Source of the DNA: an uncultured Methanosarcinaceae archaeon
GTDB lineage: Archaea; Halobacteriota; Methanosarcinia; Methanosarcinales; Methanosarcinaceae
DNA: 64,000 nucleotides
Direction: 5' to 3'
Assembly: GCA_963727895.1 (NCBI GenBank)
Contig: CAVSHT010000011.1
Location: 160,001-224,000, forward strand
Made by a program: the position numbers and the translations under genes. A model generated the notes under the pieces. It was not told the DNA's origin. It made no database searches and saw nothing but the letters and a program-made list of their open reading frames with translations. Positions within the stretch are counted from its first letter, which is position 1. The number at the start of each line of letters is the position of its first letter. Positions 22,558-34,025 of this stretch are shown piece by piece.

Positions 22558-22892
22558 TTAAAAACGGTATCGGTTTCTGCTCCGATACGCCCATACAAAA
22601 GGAGGCATTGGGCGATGCCTCCAACTCCCTTTATGCTAAATGCACGTTTACTCTTTGGCGTGCTCCAAAAATCACCTTGCAGGGTCTTTAAACATTCTCC
22701 CTGCAAAAAGCGAACAGTCAATCCATTCCCTTTTGTTGCCTCGGGCTGTTCGCAATATAATTATTATCAAGAACGGCAAGCCAAGATCCAACTACACAGC
22801 CTGTTTAGTCAGGCCACACGTCACCACTTCGGTGAGCCACTGTTGCAATGTTACCCACATATTTTTTGCGGCTGCCGTTCCTTAAAAACGGT
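22558..22892 (+). ncRNA. Candidate structured ncRNA or ssDNA element, about 330 nt
   Basis: Five consecutive hairpins plus a multibranch domain, with G-U wobbles valid only on the + strand. It has A-rich linkers, is GC-rich within AT-rich flanks and is followed by a T-tract. Confidence 0.6.
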
Positions 22893-23607
22893 TTCTCTTT
22901 TCTGTAAATAGTCCATTTTTAAAAACTAGATTATTTTAATATGGAGTTCCAATACTTAACAAGGCTTACTATATAATTGCTTTCTTTATTTCTTTTAAAT
23001 ATGTTAGTTTAAAAGAAGTCAGGTTTGATTATCTTCTATCATATAGGGGTCTCCCTTATGAAATATTCTAGAGTGAAAACGTGGTCAGTGCAAATTCTTA
23101 TTATGCAATTACCCAATAAGTGCTAGCAAAATTACTAACCGATGAATACTGTAAACTCCGATATCGGCTGTTTATATTATGGAATTTTAATCATACGTCT
23201 GATAAAGTATCCATTTTTAGAAGCAGACATTCACCTGCTCGAAAGAGAAACGGCTCTTTCTCATGTCAATCAGTTTATTCAGTAAATACTGTACTCAATT
23301 TAAGCTTTGTTATGATATTAATAGAAAAATCATTTTTTTAGTTTTTTACTGTATGAATTTGTATTAGTTATTTGCACTATTTTTATTATTTACTTTTTAT
23401 ATAGTACATAAATCCAAGAATTTAAGATTAGAACTTGAAGAAAAAGATTATCGTAAAAAAAGTCAAAATACGCTGTATATACACTTATACACATGGAAAA
23501 CAAGCAGTAAGGTATTAAATTGAAACTCTAATTTCAATTTTTTTTCATTAGCCAATTAATTCTCAAATTTTCTGAAATATATACCTATAGCTTACATAAC
23601 AATTAGA

Positions 23608-24347
23608 GAGTTTGGAAGTTAACTATAGTTATTTATTATGAGAACCTCTATTTCTTCATTAACTGCCCCAGATGCAATAGTTCCAGTCACAAAAAGAATG
23701 GTATAGTTGGTGGGCGTCAACGGTACAAATGCTCTGATTGTGGATATAACTATACAGTAGAGCTAAAATCAACTGCTTTTTCCGCTTTTGTAAAAAGACA
23801 GGCTTTACAACTCTATCTTGAAGGATTGGGCTTTCGCTCAATAGGAAGAGTTTTAGGGGTGAGTCATGTTTCTGTCCAAAGATGGATAAAGAAATTTGGT
23901 CAAGAGTGAGAGAACCTAAAAAGTGAAAGTGAGATATCTATTGTTGAAATGGATGAAATGCACACTTACATCGGTAACAAAAAAAATATTGCTGGATCTG
24001 GATTGCTGTTGATAGAGTTGGGAAAAAGTTCATCAACTGCTCTTTTGGTAGCAGAGGAACAGAAACTGGAAAACTACTCTGAAAAAAATTGAAGAAAAAA
24101 GAGATTGGAGAAGTGATGACCGATCACTGGAGGGCATATGCAGAGTTTCTTTCTGAAACGATTAATACTCAATCAAAAGCAGAAACGTATACTGTTGAAG
24201 GATATAACAGCATATTGAGGCACTTTTTGGCAAGATTGAGAAGAAAGACAAAGTGTTATATAAAAAGTCTTGAAATGCTAAAGTACTCGGTTATTCTATT
24301 AATGAAATACAGAAATAAAGAGCTAAATATATTTAGTTAACAATTAT
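23608..24347 (+). mobile_element. IS1-family element, degraded copy 1
   Basis: Near-identical to the copies at 28612 and 33286; carries nonsense changes (TGA near 23907 and 24080) and eroded TIRs. Confidence 0.9.
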
Positions 24348-24966
24348 TAAGCATCATATATTTCTAAATTAGATACACTTTCTTATATTCTCTATATCTT
24401 ATGATAACAATTGGTTATATAATAATTTAATAAGATAATAATGTACAAATATAAATACAGTTGGAATATTATATGAAAAAGACGCATCAGTAAATGGACA
24501 TTATCTCTTGAGTAAAACGTCAGAATAAATAGAATAAAGATCTTTTTAAGACAAATTATTGTTCTCGTCCTGAAGAAACAAAGAATGTAATAAGGACGTA
24601 TAACCAGCATTATGAGTGGGTACAGTAGATAAAGAGCAAAAGAGTTTTAATTTAAAATAAAACTCAATTATAAACAATTTTATAGTATAAATGATATTAT
24701 TCAACTGCTCCAATTGCAGATGACGACCTATTTTTACTTGGCTTTGTCCTTGAGATCTTCATGTAGCAAGTTTTTATTTAATGATATATTTAAATAAGAA
24801 TCAAACTCTTTAAGACTTATGAAATTACCTCGATGTAGAGGCAACCTCTGTTACTCATAAGGTAGTAAGTTTCATTCACATATAATGTTAGAAGTTTCTA
24901 ATCGCTTGACATGATAAACTTCTCAAAAACAATTTCACCAACGGCCTTAAATAATAGTGATTTTTC

Positions 24967-25536
24967 ATGGGTAGTGCGAAAATTTATATTCTCCCATCTA
25001 GATATTTTATGAGTTTTAAAAGTCTGCTGAACTACACCGTTGGCAGTCAATTGGTAAAAAAATGGAAATCGATAGAGAAAGAAGATATTGTCTCTATAGA
25101 GGACTCTATACTTCCTGATGTTCTCAGAATCCAAGAAGAAGGATTTAAAAATATAAACCCGGAAATAATGGTAAAGTATTCAAAGAATTTCAGAGATATT
25201 TTTTTTGTTATTAAAAGCAAGGGTAAAATCGTGGGTTACTGTATCTACTATCTGAAACCTTCAATTTCCCTCAGAGGCTTTGCGAAACAATCCGTAATAT
25301 CTTCAATTGCAACTGACAGTAATTTCAGAGGCAAGGGGTTTGCTGAAAAATTATTAAGGAACAGTATAGAAGAGATGAAAGTAAACGGGATATCATCCGT
25401 TCTCCTATATGTCAATGTAAATAACCTCCCTGCAATAAAATTATACAAAAAAATAGGCTTTAAAGAAACTAAAGAAGTAGAAAATATATGTGGACAGAAC
25501 GAGAAATGTTATGAGATGAAATTAAGGCTTTTTTGA
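24967..25536 (+). CDS. GNAT family N-acetyltransferase (RimI-like)
   Basis: SIATDSNFRGKGFAEKLL acetyl-CoA motif A and NLPAIKLYKKIGF. Confidence 0.88.
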   Translation: MGSAKIYILPSRYFMSFKSLLNYTVGSQLVKKWKSIEKEDIVSIEDSILPDVLRIQEEGFKNINPEIMVKYSKNFRDIFFVIKSKGKIVGYCIYYLKPSISLRGFAKQSVISSIATDSNFRGKGFAEKLLRNSIEEMKVNGISSVLLYVNVNNLPAIKLYKKIGFKETKEVENICGQNEKCYEMKLRLF

Positions 25537-25742
25537 AGTTTTTCCATCTTTACATGACTTATTTTTCTTTTCCACCTTAAATGATTTATTTTTTTTTCTA
25601 CCTTTACATGACTTATATTCTCTTTCACCTTAAATGATCTATTTTTCTTTATTTAGAAACTTTTTTCAGACCATTTTTTGCTTTTCAGGGTAATTTTATG
25701 TGTTAAGATATATTTAAATAAACATGGATTTCACATTTCAAT

Positions 25743-26958
25743 GTGATTGCAATTAATGTCCTTATATTTCTTGGTGGACTCTTACGACTCGTTAAAAGGA
25801 GCAGATCTTTTTGTATTAGCCTCTTCCATGATTGCAAAAAGACTTGGAGTATCTGAATTTGTAATAGGATTGACTCTTGTGTCCATTGGCACCTCAGTAC
25901 CGGAGCTTGCATCTGCTCTGACAGTATCTTTCCAGCAAGAAAGCAAAATAGTTATAGGCAATATACTAGGATCAAACATTGCCAACATAGGACTAATTGC
26001 AAGTACGGCGGCTATTCTTGCAAATATTAATACTGAAAAAGTTATTTTGAGAAGGAACGGCTATATAATGCTCTTCTCCTCATTTCTCCTTTTTCTTTTT
26101 ATGCTTGACTTTAAAATATCAAGAGTAGAAACTTTAGTATTCATTTTGTTATATATAGTCTATCTTTTATTCTTACTCAATAAAGTGAATAAAGATGAGG
26201 AAGAACTTTATTTCAAAGATTTTATTATTTATTTATTAAAATTCGAGTACTTCTTTGATTTAAAATCAAGAATAAATCTCCAAACTGGAAAATATATAAA
26301 ACAAATTCAGGTATACAGAAAAAGAAACGGAAAATATGAAGGTTTAATAAAATATGTCCTGAATAAAGAAGAGATTAACGAAAAGAAAACCGAGGAAGGA
26401 CTTAATACTGAAAAAAAGATATGGAACGAAACAAAAGTCCAACCTGTAGTTGAATATAAACATGAAGATATTGACGTTGACATTCCAGAAAAAATTATTT
26501 TTGAAACTAGCCTTTTAATAGAATTTTTCAAGTTAATTACAAGTGGAATTGCAATAATAATTGGTGCTAAGTATTTTGTTGAACAGGCAGTATTCTTTGC
26601 CTCACTATTACAAGTTCCAGAGACACTTATTGGAGTCAGCCTTGTTGCAATTGGGACTTCAGTTCCTGAACTCATGGTAACTATCTCAGCAGCCAGGAAT
26701 GACTATGCTGCTATAGCTCTTGGTAATGCTATAGGGTCAAATATAACTAATATACTTTTAATACTGGGCTGCTCAGGGCTTGTACATCCCATTACAATAA
26801 CATATCTTGCTATTTATTACATAGCGCCTTTCATGATGATAATAACCACTTTATTTCTCCTATTTCTTCGAACAGGTTGGAGAATAAAAAAAATAGAGGG
26901 ATTTATTTTGCTTTTCTTCTATCTCGGTTTTATGCTATCGCTTCTTCAAATGGAGTAA
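25743..26958 (+). CDS. Ca2+/Na+ antiporter (CaCA/YrbG family); probable N-terminal frameshift near 25795
   Basis: Two alpha-repeats GTSVPEL...GNxxGSN. The hydrophobic N-terminus (GTG 25743, IAINVLIFLGGLL) is out of frame with the rest. Confidence 0.88.
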
Positions 26959-27219
26959 AGAGACCTCATAAAGATTAATGGAAGTGAAGAGACCTTATAA
27001 AGTCAATGACGATTTTTTAATATATATGCAAAAACCAGAAACTATCGATTTATGTTTCAATCAAAATAAAAAAGGTAAAATCAAAGTTTTGCGCTGGCAC
27101 ACCCCGCTGAAAGCTAGCTAGGGTATTTGACTGAATAAGATATAAAAAGAAGGAATAATTATGTAAGAGAACAAATTATATGTACAAGTGAGAGAGATTA
27201 AGAAGACAGGAGTAAAAAA

Positions 27220-27870
27220 ATGATAAGTGAGATGATAACTGAAAACATCGGGTTTTTCATCTACACATTCACATCTGTCTTTGTCGTTGTCAGCCCTGTC
27301 AGTGCAGTAGTGACTTTTATTTCTCTGACCAGCAAGATGACACATGAAGAAAAAAATCACATTGCAAAGAAATCAGTCACATTAGCATGTTTAATAGCTA
27401 TTTTTTTTGCAATTGCAGGAAACATTATACTTAATCTATTTAGCATTAATGTGGATTCACTTAGAGTTGCAGGAGGGATCCTGCTTTTCAGCATTGCCTT
27501 TGATATGATGCATGCAAAAATCTCAGGAGAAAGTATTACTGAAGAAGAAATATCGCAATCTCAAGAACGTGAAGATATTTGGGTATTTCCTATAGGTTTA
27601 CCTCTTCTTACAGGTCCAGGCGCGATTAGTACGGTAATTGTCCTTATGGGAAGTACAGATCATATTGAACAGAAAATAATAATCCTCGTATCGATAATAC
27701 TGACATTCGTTCTCTGCTTGTACACTTTTCTCTTCTCAAGAAGGATCCATAAATTAATTGGGTACAACGGAATGTTAGTCTTTACAAGGCTGATGGGACT
27801 TTTGTTAGCAGCTCTTGCAGTAGACCTGACTTCAACAGGTATAATAAATATATTCCGTATAACCGGTTAA
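27220..27870 (+). CDS. MarC family membrane protein
   Basis: SLRVAGGILLF, PLLTGPGAI, RLMGLLLAALAV. Confidence 0.9.
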   Translation: MISEMITENIGFFIYTFTSVFVVVSPVSAVVTFISLTSKMTHEEKNHIAKKSVTLACLIAIFFAIAGNIILNLFSINVDSLRVAGGILLFSIAFDMMHAKISGESITEEEISQSQEREDIWVFPIGLPLLTGPGAISTVIVLMGSTDHIEQKIIILVSIILTFVLCLYTFLFSRRIHKLIGYNGMLVFTRLMGLLLAALAVDLTSTGIINIFRITG

Positions 27871-28041
27871 AACATTTAATGGGTTCATCACAAAAATTTT
27901 TATTTTTAAAATCAATAAAATCGGTTATATGAACATACCTAACGCAAATTGAAAGGTATTAGACTGAAATAAATGAGAGAAATGTTATTTATTAAAAAAG
28001 TGTATAAATATAATTTAATGGAACTTTAAAAAACCGATATT

Positions 28042-28587
28042 TCACTTTTTCAAGCCACGGAGTATATTCTGTAAAAATCCTTTCTTTTCGAAATACTGCT
28101 GGTGATATTCCTCAGCCATATAAAACTCGGAAACCGGTATAATCTCAGTCACGACCGGATTTTTAAAGGTCCTGGATTTTTCAAGTTTCTCCTTCGAGGC
28201 TAAAGCAGCGGCTTTTTGATCTTCGTAATGGAAAAAGATAACTGAACGATATTGTTTCCCGATATCAGGACCTTGCCTGTTTTTTGTAGTGGGATCATGA
28301 ATATTCCAGAAGACATCAAGTAAGGATTCATAAGATACAAATTTCGGATCAAAAATGACCCTAACTGCCTCTGCATGACCTGTATCATGAGAACAGACCT
28401 GTTCGTAGCTAGGGCTTTTAAAATGCCCACCACTAAAGCCGACTGCAGTTGCAACAACTCCCTCAACGTTCCTAAAAGCTTCTTCAACTCCCCAGAAACA
28501 GCCTGCAGCAAATGTTGCTTTTTCCAGACCCTTCCCAGGATTTTCGAAGAAATCAGGATCCAATTCAGCTGTTTGGCTTTCTTCCAC
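28042..28587 (-). CDS. msrA: Peptide-methionine (S)-S-oxide reductase
   Basis: AAGCFWG catalytic motif, [27 protein letters not shown]. Confidence 0.96.
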   Translation of the reverse strand: MEESQTAELDPDFFENPGKGLEKATFAAGCFWGVEEAFRNVEGVVATAVGFSGGHFKSPSYEQVCSHDTGHAEAVRVIFDPKFVSYESLLDVFWNIHDPTTKNRQGPDIGKQYRSVIFFHYEDQKAAALASKEKLEKSRTFKNPVVTEIIPVSEFYMAEEYHQQYFEKKGFLQNILRGLKK

Positions 28588-28611
28588 TCATTTCCCCCCA
28601 TATATATTATT

Positions 28612-29351
28612 GGTATTGTTAACTAAACATAGTTAACTCTTTCTTTCTGTATTTCATCAATAGAAGAACCGAGTACTTTAGCATTTCAAGACTCTTCGTA
28701 TAACACTTTGTCTTTCTTCTCAACCTTGCTAAAAAGTGCCTCAATATGCTGTTATATCCCTCAACTGTAAATGTTTCTGCTTTTGATTGAGTATGGATCT
28801 TTTCTGGAATAAACTCTGCATATGCCCTCCAGTGATCGGTCATCACTTCTCCAATCTCTTTTTTCTTCAATTTTTCCCAGAGTAGTTTTCCAGTTTCCGT
28901 TCCTCTGCTGCCAAAAGAGCAGTTGATGAACTTTTTCCCAACTCTATCAACAGCAATCCAGATCCAGCAATATTTTTTTTGTTACCGATGTAAGTGTGCA
29001 TCTCATCCATTTCAACAATAGATATCTCATTTTCACTTTTTAGGTTCTCTAACTCTTGACCAAATTTCTTGATCCATCTTTGGACAGAAACATGACTCAC
29101 CCCTAAAACTCTTCCTATTGAGCGAAAGCCCAATCCTTCAAGGTAAAGTTGTAAAGCCTGTCTTTTTACAAAAGCGGAAAAAGCAGTTGATTTTAGCTCT
29201 ACTGTATAGTTATAGCCACAATCAGAGCATTTGTACCGTTGACAACCACCAACTATACCGTTCTTTTTGTGACTGGAACTATTACATTTTGGGCAGTTCA
29301 TGAAGAAATATACTTTCTAATAGTATATAACTATGTTTAAGTATCAAAGCC
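28612..29351 (-). mobile_element. IS1-family element copy 2 (InsA 28867-29301 and InsB 28619-28870, A9 slippery site)
   Basis: CPKC...YKCSDC zinc finger, HTH, EMDEMH, TDHWRAY; imperfect ~23-bp TIRs; no matching target-site duplication. Confidence 0.93.
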
Positions 29352-30214
29352 AAAAATTTTTGTCATCTATACCTTCTGAAACACATAGATCATAAAACTT
29401 ATTGTATGAAATCCAGTACTCATTTAATATTTCAAGTCTTTCTCGGACTCTATGCCAAGAATCTACCCTCGGTGTTCTCATTAAAGGAAGTTTCCAGGTT
29501 GTTTCACTGATACATTCTTTTAAACGTTGAATTCCTTTTCCATCTTTACTATCGATTTTTAAAGAACCTACAATTTGAGGGAACCTACTTTTTAGTTCTT
29601 TCAGGTTAAGATCATCATTTTCATTCATATTACTCATCACAAGAATTATTGGACTATCTCCTCCAGAAGCTTCAATCGTGTGCAACCAAGTGAATATGTT
29701 GTCAAAATCTTTTGCCTTCCGTGCATTCCATATAAGTAAATATACCGAACGCTCAGTTAGAAAAAACTGGTGAGTAGCGTGGTATATTTCCTGCCCTCCA
29801 AAATCCCAGATATTCAGTTTGATTATACTATTTTTGGAATCTGGCGCAAAAGTAATCCACTCAGAGATCTTAATTCCTTCAGTGATCACATCTCTATAAA
29901 TTTGCCATTAATTAGCCTGTTATAACTAAACATGTTTTTCCAACTTCCCCATTACCAACAAGTATTAACTTAGCCTCATTATTTTCTGCAGTTTTTGTTT
30001 GTCTCAGAAAGATGAAGACCGCTTCCAATCCCATTGAAACAATTTCAGGAGGAGGTGAGGTTAAAGGATTCTCTGACAAATTAAGCGTTGTAAGGGTTTT
30101 AAGTTCTGTAATTTCAGGTGGCAGTTGTGTCAGCTGATTTCCGGATAAATTAAGCGTTGTAAGGTTTCTTTCATAAGCTTTTCTGATAAGCTGCATCACC
30201 CTTTCACTTGTCAT
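29344..30214 (-). pseudogene. Truncated LRR-Roc-COR (Roco) GTPase
   Basis: LNLSGNQLTQLP LRRs, GNGEVGKT P-loop, IWDFGGQEIYHATHQFFLT. Frameshifted near 29900 and cut by IS1 at 29351. Confidence 0.88.
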
Positions 30215-30563
30215 TGATATAATCTCATTTACATATCAGCTATGAGAAAGTTTCAATTTATTTACTTTCCCTCTACACTTTAACTCTAAAAGCTTTTTCT
30301 TTTTATTCAAATATTTTTATCATTACACAAATTTTTCCAGTCGTTTTGAAAAATGAGTTCTGGTTTTTAGGTCGTGAATTATTAGTTATTTGATGTTATC
30401 TCTAAAACATTTTTAGTGGTGCATAATATCTTTTTTCCAATTTGGTATGGTTAATAGCATGCTTGATACAAGAAACATAAGGCATTTCTAGCACGGGAAA
30501 ATTAATAATGAAAACATCAACTGCATAATAATTGACAACACAAAACTTAAATCAAAGCTTAAA

Positions 30564-31256
30564 TCAAAGATCTATAGATTCTCCAGGTTTCATGATAGTA
30601 ACTTTTGTATTTGTTTTTGATTCAACGGCTCTTTTAAACTCTTCAGGATCCTGGCTGATTACGTCAAAGGTGTTATAATGCATAGGGATTGCGATTTTTG
30701 GTCGGAGAAGTTCTACGGCTTTTATGGCTTCTTTTATCCCCATTGTAAATAGATCTCCTATTGGCAGGAGAGCTACTTCGGGGTTGTAGAGTTCGCCTAT
30801 AAGCTGCATGTCCCCAAAAACTCCGGTGTCTCCGGCGTGGTAAATGGAATGACCATTGATTTGTATAACAAAACCTGCTGGGGAACCGCCGTCAAAACTG
30901 AAACCCGATGCATCAATGGAAGAAGAATGAAGTGCTTCAGTCATGGTCAGTTTTATTCTCTCTATGTTTACTGTACCGCCTTTTCCCATGCCTTCTGCAA
31001 AAACCCCTTTTGATTTGATATAATTTGCAACCTCATGAACAGATATTATCCGGCAGCCGGTACGTTTCCCAATTTCTATTGTATCTCCAAGGTGGTCGCG
31101 GTGTCCGTGAGTTACGGCTATTATGTCAGGGTTCAGTTCATCAGGGTTGCACGGAGCCAGTGGATTCCCTGAAATAAAAGGATCAATTAATAATTTCTTA
31201 TTAGCTTCAAACAAAAAAGCCGAATGCCCAAGCCATGTAATCTTCACGCCAGCCAT
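30564..31256 (-). CDS. Metallo-beta-lactamase-fold hydrolase (UPF0173-like)
   Basis: WLGHS, THGHRDH, HAGDT, PMHY. Confidence 0.92.
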   Translation of the reverse strand: MAGVKITWLGHSAFLFEANKKLLIDPFISGNPLAPCNPDELNPDIIAVTHGHRDHLGDTIEIGKRTGCRIISVHEVANYIKSKGVFAEGMGKGGTVNIERIKLTMTEALHSSSIDASGFSFDGGSPAGFVIQINGHSIYHAGDTGVFGDMQLIGELYNPEVALLPIGDLFTMGIKEAIKAVELLRPKIAIPMHYNTFDVISQDPEEFKRAVESKTNTKVTIMKPGESIDL

Positions 31257-31298
31257 CTTTTTGCCTCATAATCTTGTTTTGTCAAAATTTAATAAATT

Positions 31299-31481
31299 GT
31301 AGTTTAACAATCGTATTTAGTTATCAGTAATTTAAGTATCAGTAGTTTAGCCATCAGTAATTTAAGTATCAGTAGTTTAGCTATCAGTAGTTTAACAATC
31401 GTATTTAGCGATCAGTAGTTTAACAATCGTATTTAGCTATCAGTAATTTAAGTATCAGTAGTTTAGCTATCAGTAATTTAA
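31299..31481. repeat. Degenerate 14-15-bp tandem repeat, consensus ATC(A)GTA(G/A)TTTA(G/A)NN, about 12 units
   Basis: Directly visible in the divergent intergenic region. Confidence 0.88.
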
Positions 31482-31621
31482 TTTTCGATAATTTCGGATA
31501 ATAATGAATTTCAATAAAAGAAATGAAAAAAATGAAAAATAGACAAAAAAGAAACGAAAAAGATAAAATGAGTTGTACTGAGGATTATGTTAATATGTTT
31601 CTTCTGTCAAACGGACTGAAA

Positions 31622-32806
31622 ATGAAGATAGGTATGGTTATCCACGGACCCGAAGTAATTGACTCGGGAGAAGCAAAAAACGTCCTTGAAAAGCTTTTCT
31701 GTCTTGGCAAAATTGAAGCAAAGCTTGGAGGGACTATGGGAAAAGTAGCTGTTCTGGATGCAGGATTTGAAGACGTTATAGATATAACCAGACATCAGAA
31801 GCCAAGCTCCTGCATTGATTCACTTCTCGAAACCTCATACCTTGTATGCCTCCTGAATAAAGGAAAAACAATTGAAACAGGAAAAGCATTTGGAGAAATA
31901 GTTGCTTCACGGATTTGAGAACCGGAGATAAAACCTCTTATCCAGATCGAAAGTCCTGAAAGTACCAATGGAATCTTGATATCTCTTAATAAAAAGACCA
32001 GAGAACATGGAGAATATCTTGAAAAGCTTTCTGAGATTTTAGGGCTTCCCATGGAAAAAACGTTACCGCTTCAAAATTCTATTGTTCAGAATTCGATTTT
32101 TATAGAAAAGCGCTCTGAAACAGGTAAAATTCAGGTTATACGCAAGCTTTCAGGCGTCTTTCCCGGAGAAAATATTCTTGTAAATGGAATCGTGATTGGA
32201 AAAGCCCTTTCTTCCAAAGTAAGAATAGTTTCCGAAAACGGTTTTATTGTCGCAATCGAAGGTGGAGAAATAAAAGAGCATGGACTCGAAAAACTTCACA
32301 ATTATGAAAAAAGAGATCAAGTAGACCTTGCAAAAGCCTGGGTGAAAAGTGGAGACATTAGGAGAAGCAATTTCTTACCCCTGAAAGCCCGAAAACCTAA
32401 CGTGCATGGTAGAAATGCGGGTTTTTCTTTCAAACCAGTTGGAAGAAGAATTGTACTTATAGACCATGTTGCAGAAGATACCTTTGAACTGGCAGCAGGT
32501 GCTGAACTTGCAGTTACAGTGGAAGATGATACAACATCTATAGCAGGCGACATTCTCTCCAGACTCGGGATTCCTATAATTGGAATTACGGGCGGAGATT
32601 GCGATGGGATATCTTGCAGGACTGAAGTCTTTCCGGGTTCTGTCGTGCTCAGACTGGCGTCTGGAAATGACGATATTCTGGGTAAAAAACTAAAACAGGA
32701 ATTTTTCAGGGGAAAAAATTCTGCGGTTTTAGGGGACATAAGCGCTTTTAAAGAAAATGTGCTGAAACTTGCAGAGCCCTTGATTGAAGCTGTTTTTGAA
32801 TACTGA
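31622..32806 (+). pseudogene. DUF2117-like methanogen protein interrupted by an in-frame TGA at 31916-31918
   Basis: MKIGMVIHGPEVIDSG...LGGTMG; both ORF halves share one frame (RI*EPEIKPLIQIE). Confidence 0.75.
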
Positions 32807-33025
32807 TATTAAAGTAGCATACGGTTCAAAATCCTAATTTCTGACCTTTACAACGTCATTTGCAACGTCATTCGTCATACTATGTCGTTTTTGTCACAAG
32901 AGATTAAGCAGAAAATTTTGGCATTAACCCGTTGAAGAAGCAAAAAAGTTGGGAGTAAAGCATAGAAGTATATTATGAGAATTAAAAGAGATATAACAAA
33001 AGATGTGTAACTTGATTTTCTTGAT

Positions 33026-33251
33026 TTATATTCCCTTATTCCCTTTCTTAAATAAGAAAATATAAAGAATAGGTAAAATACCAGCTGTATTCAAGATTAG
33101 TAGAGCGATAAACCAGTATTTCTGAGATTCTCGTGCTGACTTCCATAGAGCTGCTATACCTTTCCAGAAAAAGCTCCCACAGCATTAGAATTAAAATCAG
33201 AGCTGAAAATTGTGGATTTGTTTGAAGCAATGAGAAAGAAGTGTTTATCAT
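33026..33251 (-). pseudogene. Small membrane protein (DUF5652-like), frameshifted
   Basis: LMLWEL/FWKGIAALWKSARESQKYWFIALLILNTAGILPILYIF reads across one frameshift. Confidence 0.6.
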
Positions 33252-33285
33252 ATCTCTCTTTGGAATAAATGTTATTTAAATTTAA

Positions 33286-34025
33286 GGCTTTGATAATTAA
33301 CTATAGTTATATACTATTAGAAAGTATATTTCTTCATTAACTGCCCCAGATGCAATAGTTCTAATCACAAAAAGAATGGTATAGTTGGCGGGCGTCAACG
33401 GTACAAATGCTCTGATTGTGGCTATAACTATACGGTAGAGCTAAAATCAACTGCTTTTTCCACTTATGTCAAAAGACAGGCTTTACAACTCTATCTTGAA
33501 GGATTGGGCTTTCGCTCAATAGGAAGAGTTTTAGGGGTAAGTCATGTTTCTGTCCAAAAATGGATCAAGAAATTTGGTCAAGAGTTAGAGAACCTAAAAA
33601 GTGAAAGTGAGATATCTATTGTTGAAATGGATGAGATGCACACTTACATCGGTAACAAAAAAAATATTGCTGGATCTGGATTGCTGTTGATAGAGTTGGG
33701 AAAAAGTTCATCAACTGCTCTTTTGGCAGCAGAGGAACAGAAACTGGAAAACTACTCTGGGAAAAAGTGAAGAAAAAAGACATTGGAGAAGTAATGACAG
33801 ATCACTGGAGGGAATATGCAGAGTTTCTTCCAGAAAAGAGTCATACTCAATCCAAAGCAGAAACATTTACAGTTGAGGGATATAACAGCATATTGAGGCA
33901 CTTTTTAGCAAGGTTGAGAAGAAAGACAAAGTGTTATACGAAGAGTCTTGAAATGCTAAAGTACTCGGTTATTCTATTGATGAAATACAGAAATAAAGAG
34001 TTAACTATGTTTAGATAACAATGCC
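33286..34025 (+). mobile_element. IS1-family element copy 3 with 8-bp target-site duplication AAATTTAA
   Basis: TIRs GGCTTTGATAATTAACTATAGTT and AACTATGTTTAGATAACAATGCC; AAATTTAA at 33278-33285 and 34026-34033; InsA start reads ATT. Confidence 0.93.

Noticed and set aside
22458..22911. ORFs 22458-22721, 22615-22911 and 22640-22885
   Set aside because: No recognisable motifs and atypical composition; the base-pairing pattern explains the region better.
25548..25648. ~50-bp imperfect tandem duplication after the GNAT gene
   Set aside because: T-rich two-copy duplication with no sign of function beyond a possible terminator.
31916..31918. Possible recoded stop (Pyl/Sec) in the DUF2117-like gene
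   Set aside because: Pyrrolysine uses TAG rather than TGA, Methanosarcina are not known to use selenocysteine, and the position is not Cys-like. A nonsense change or base error is more likely.
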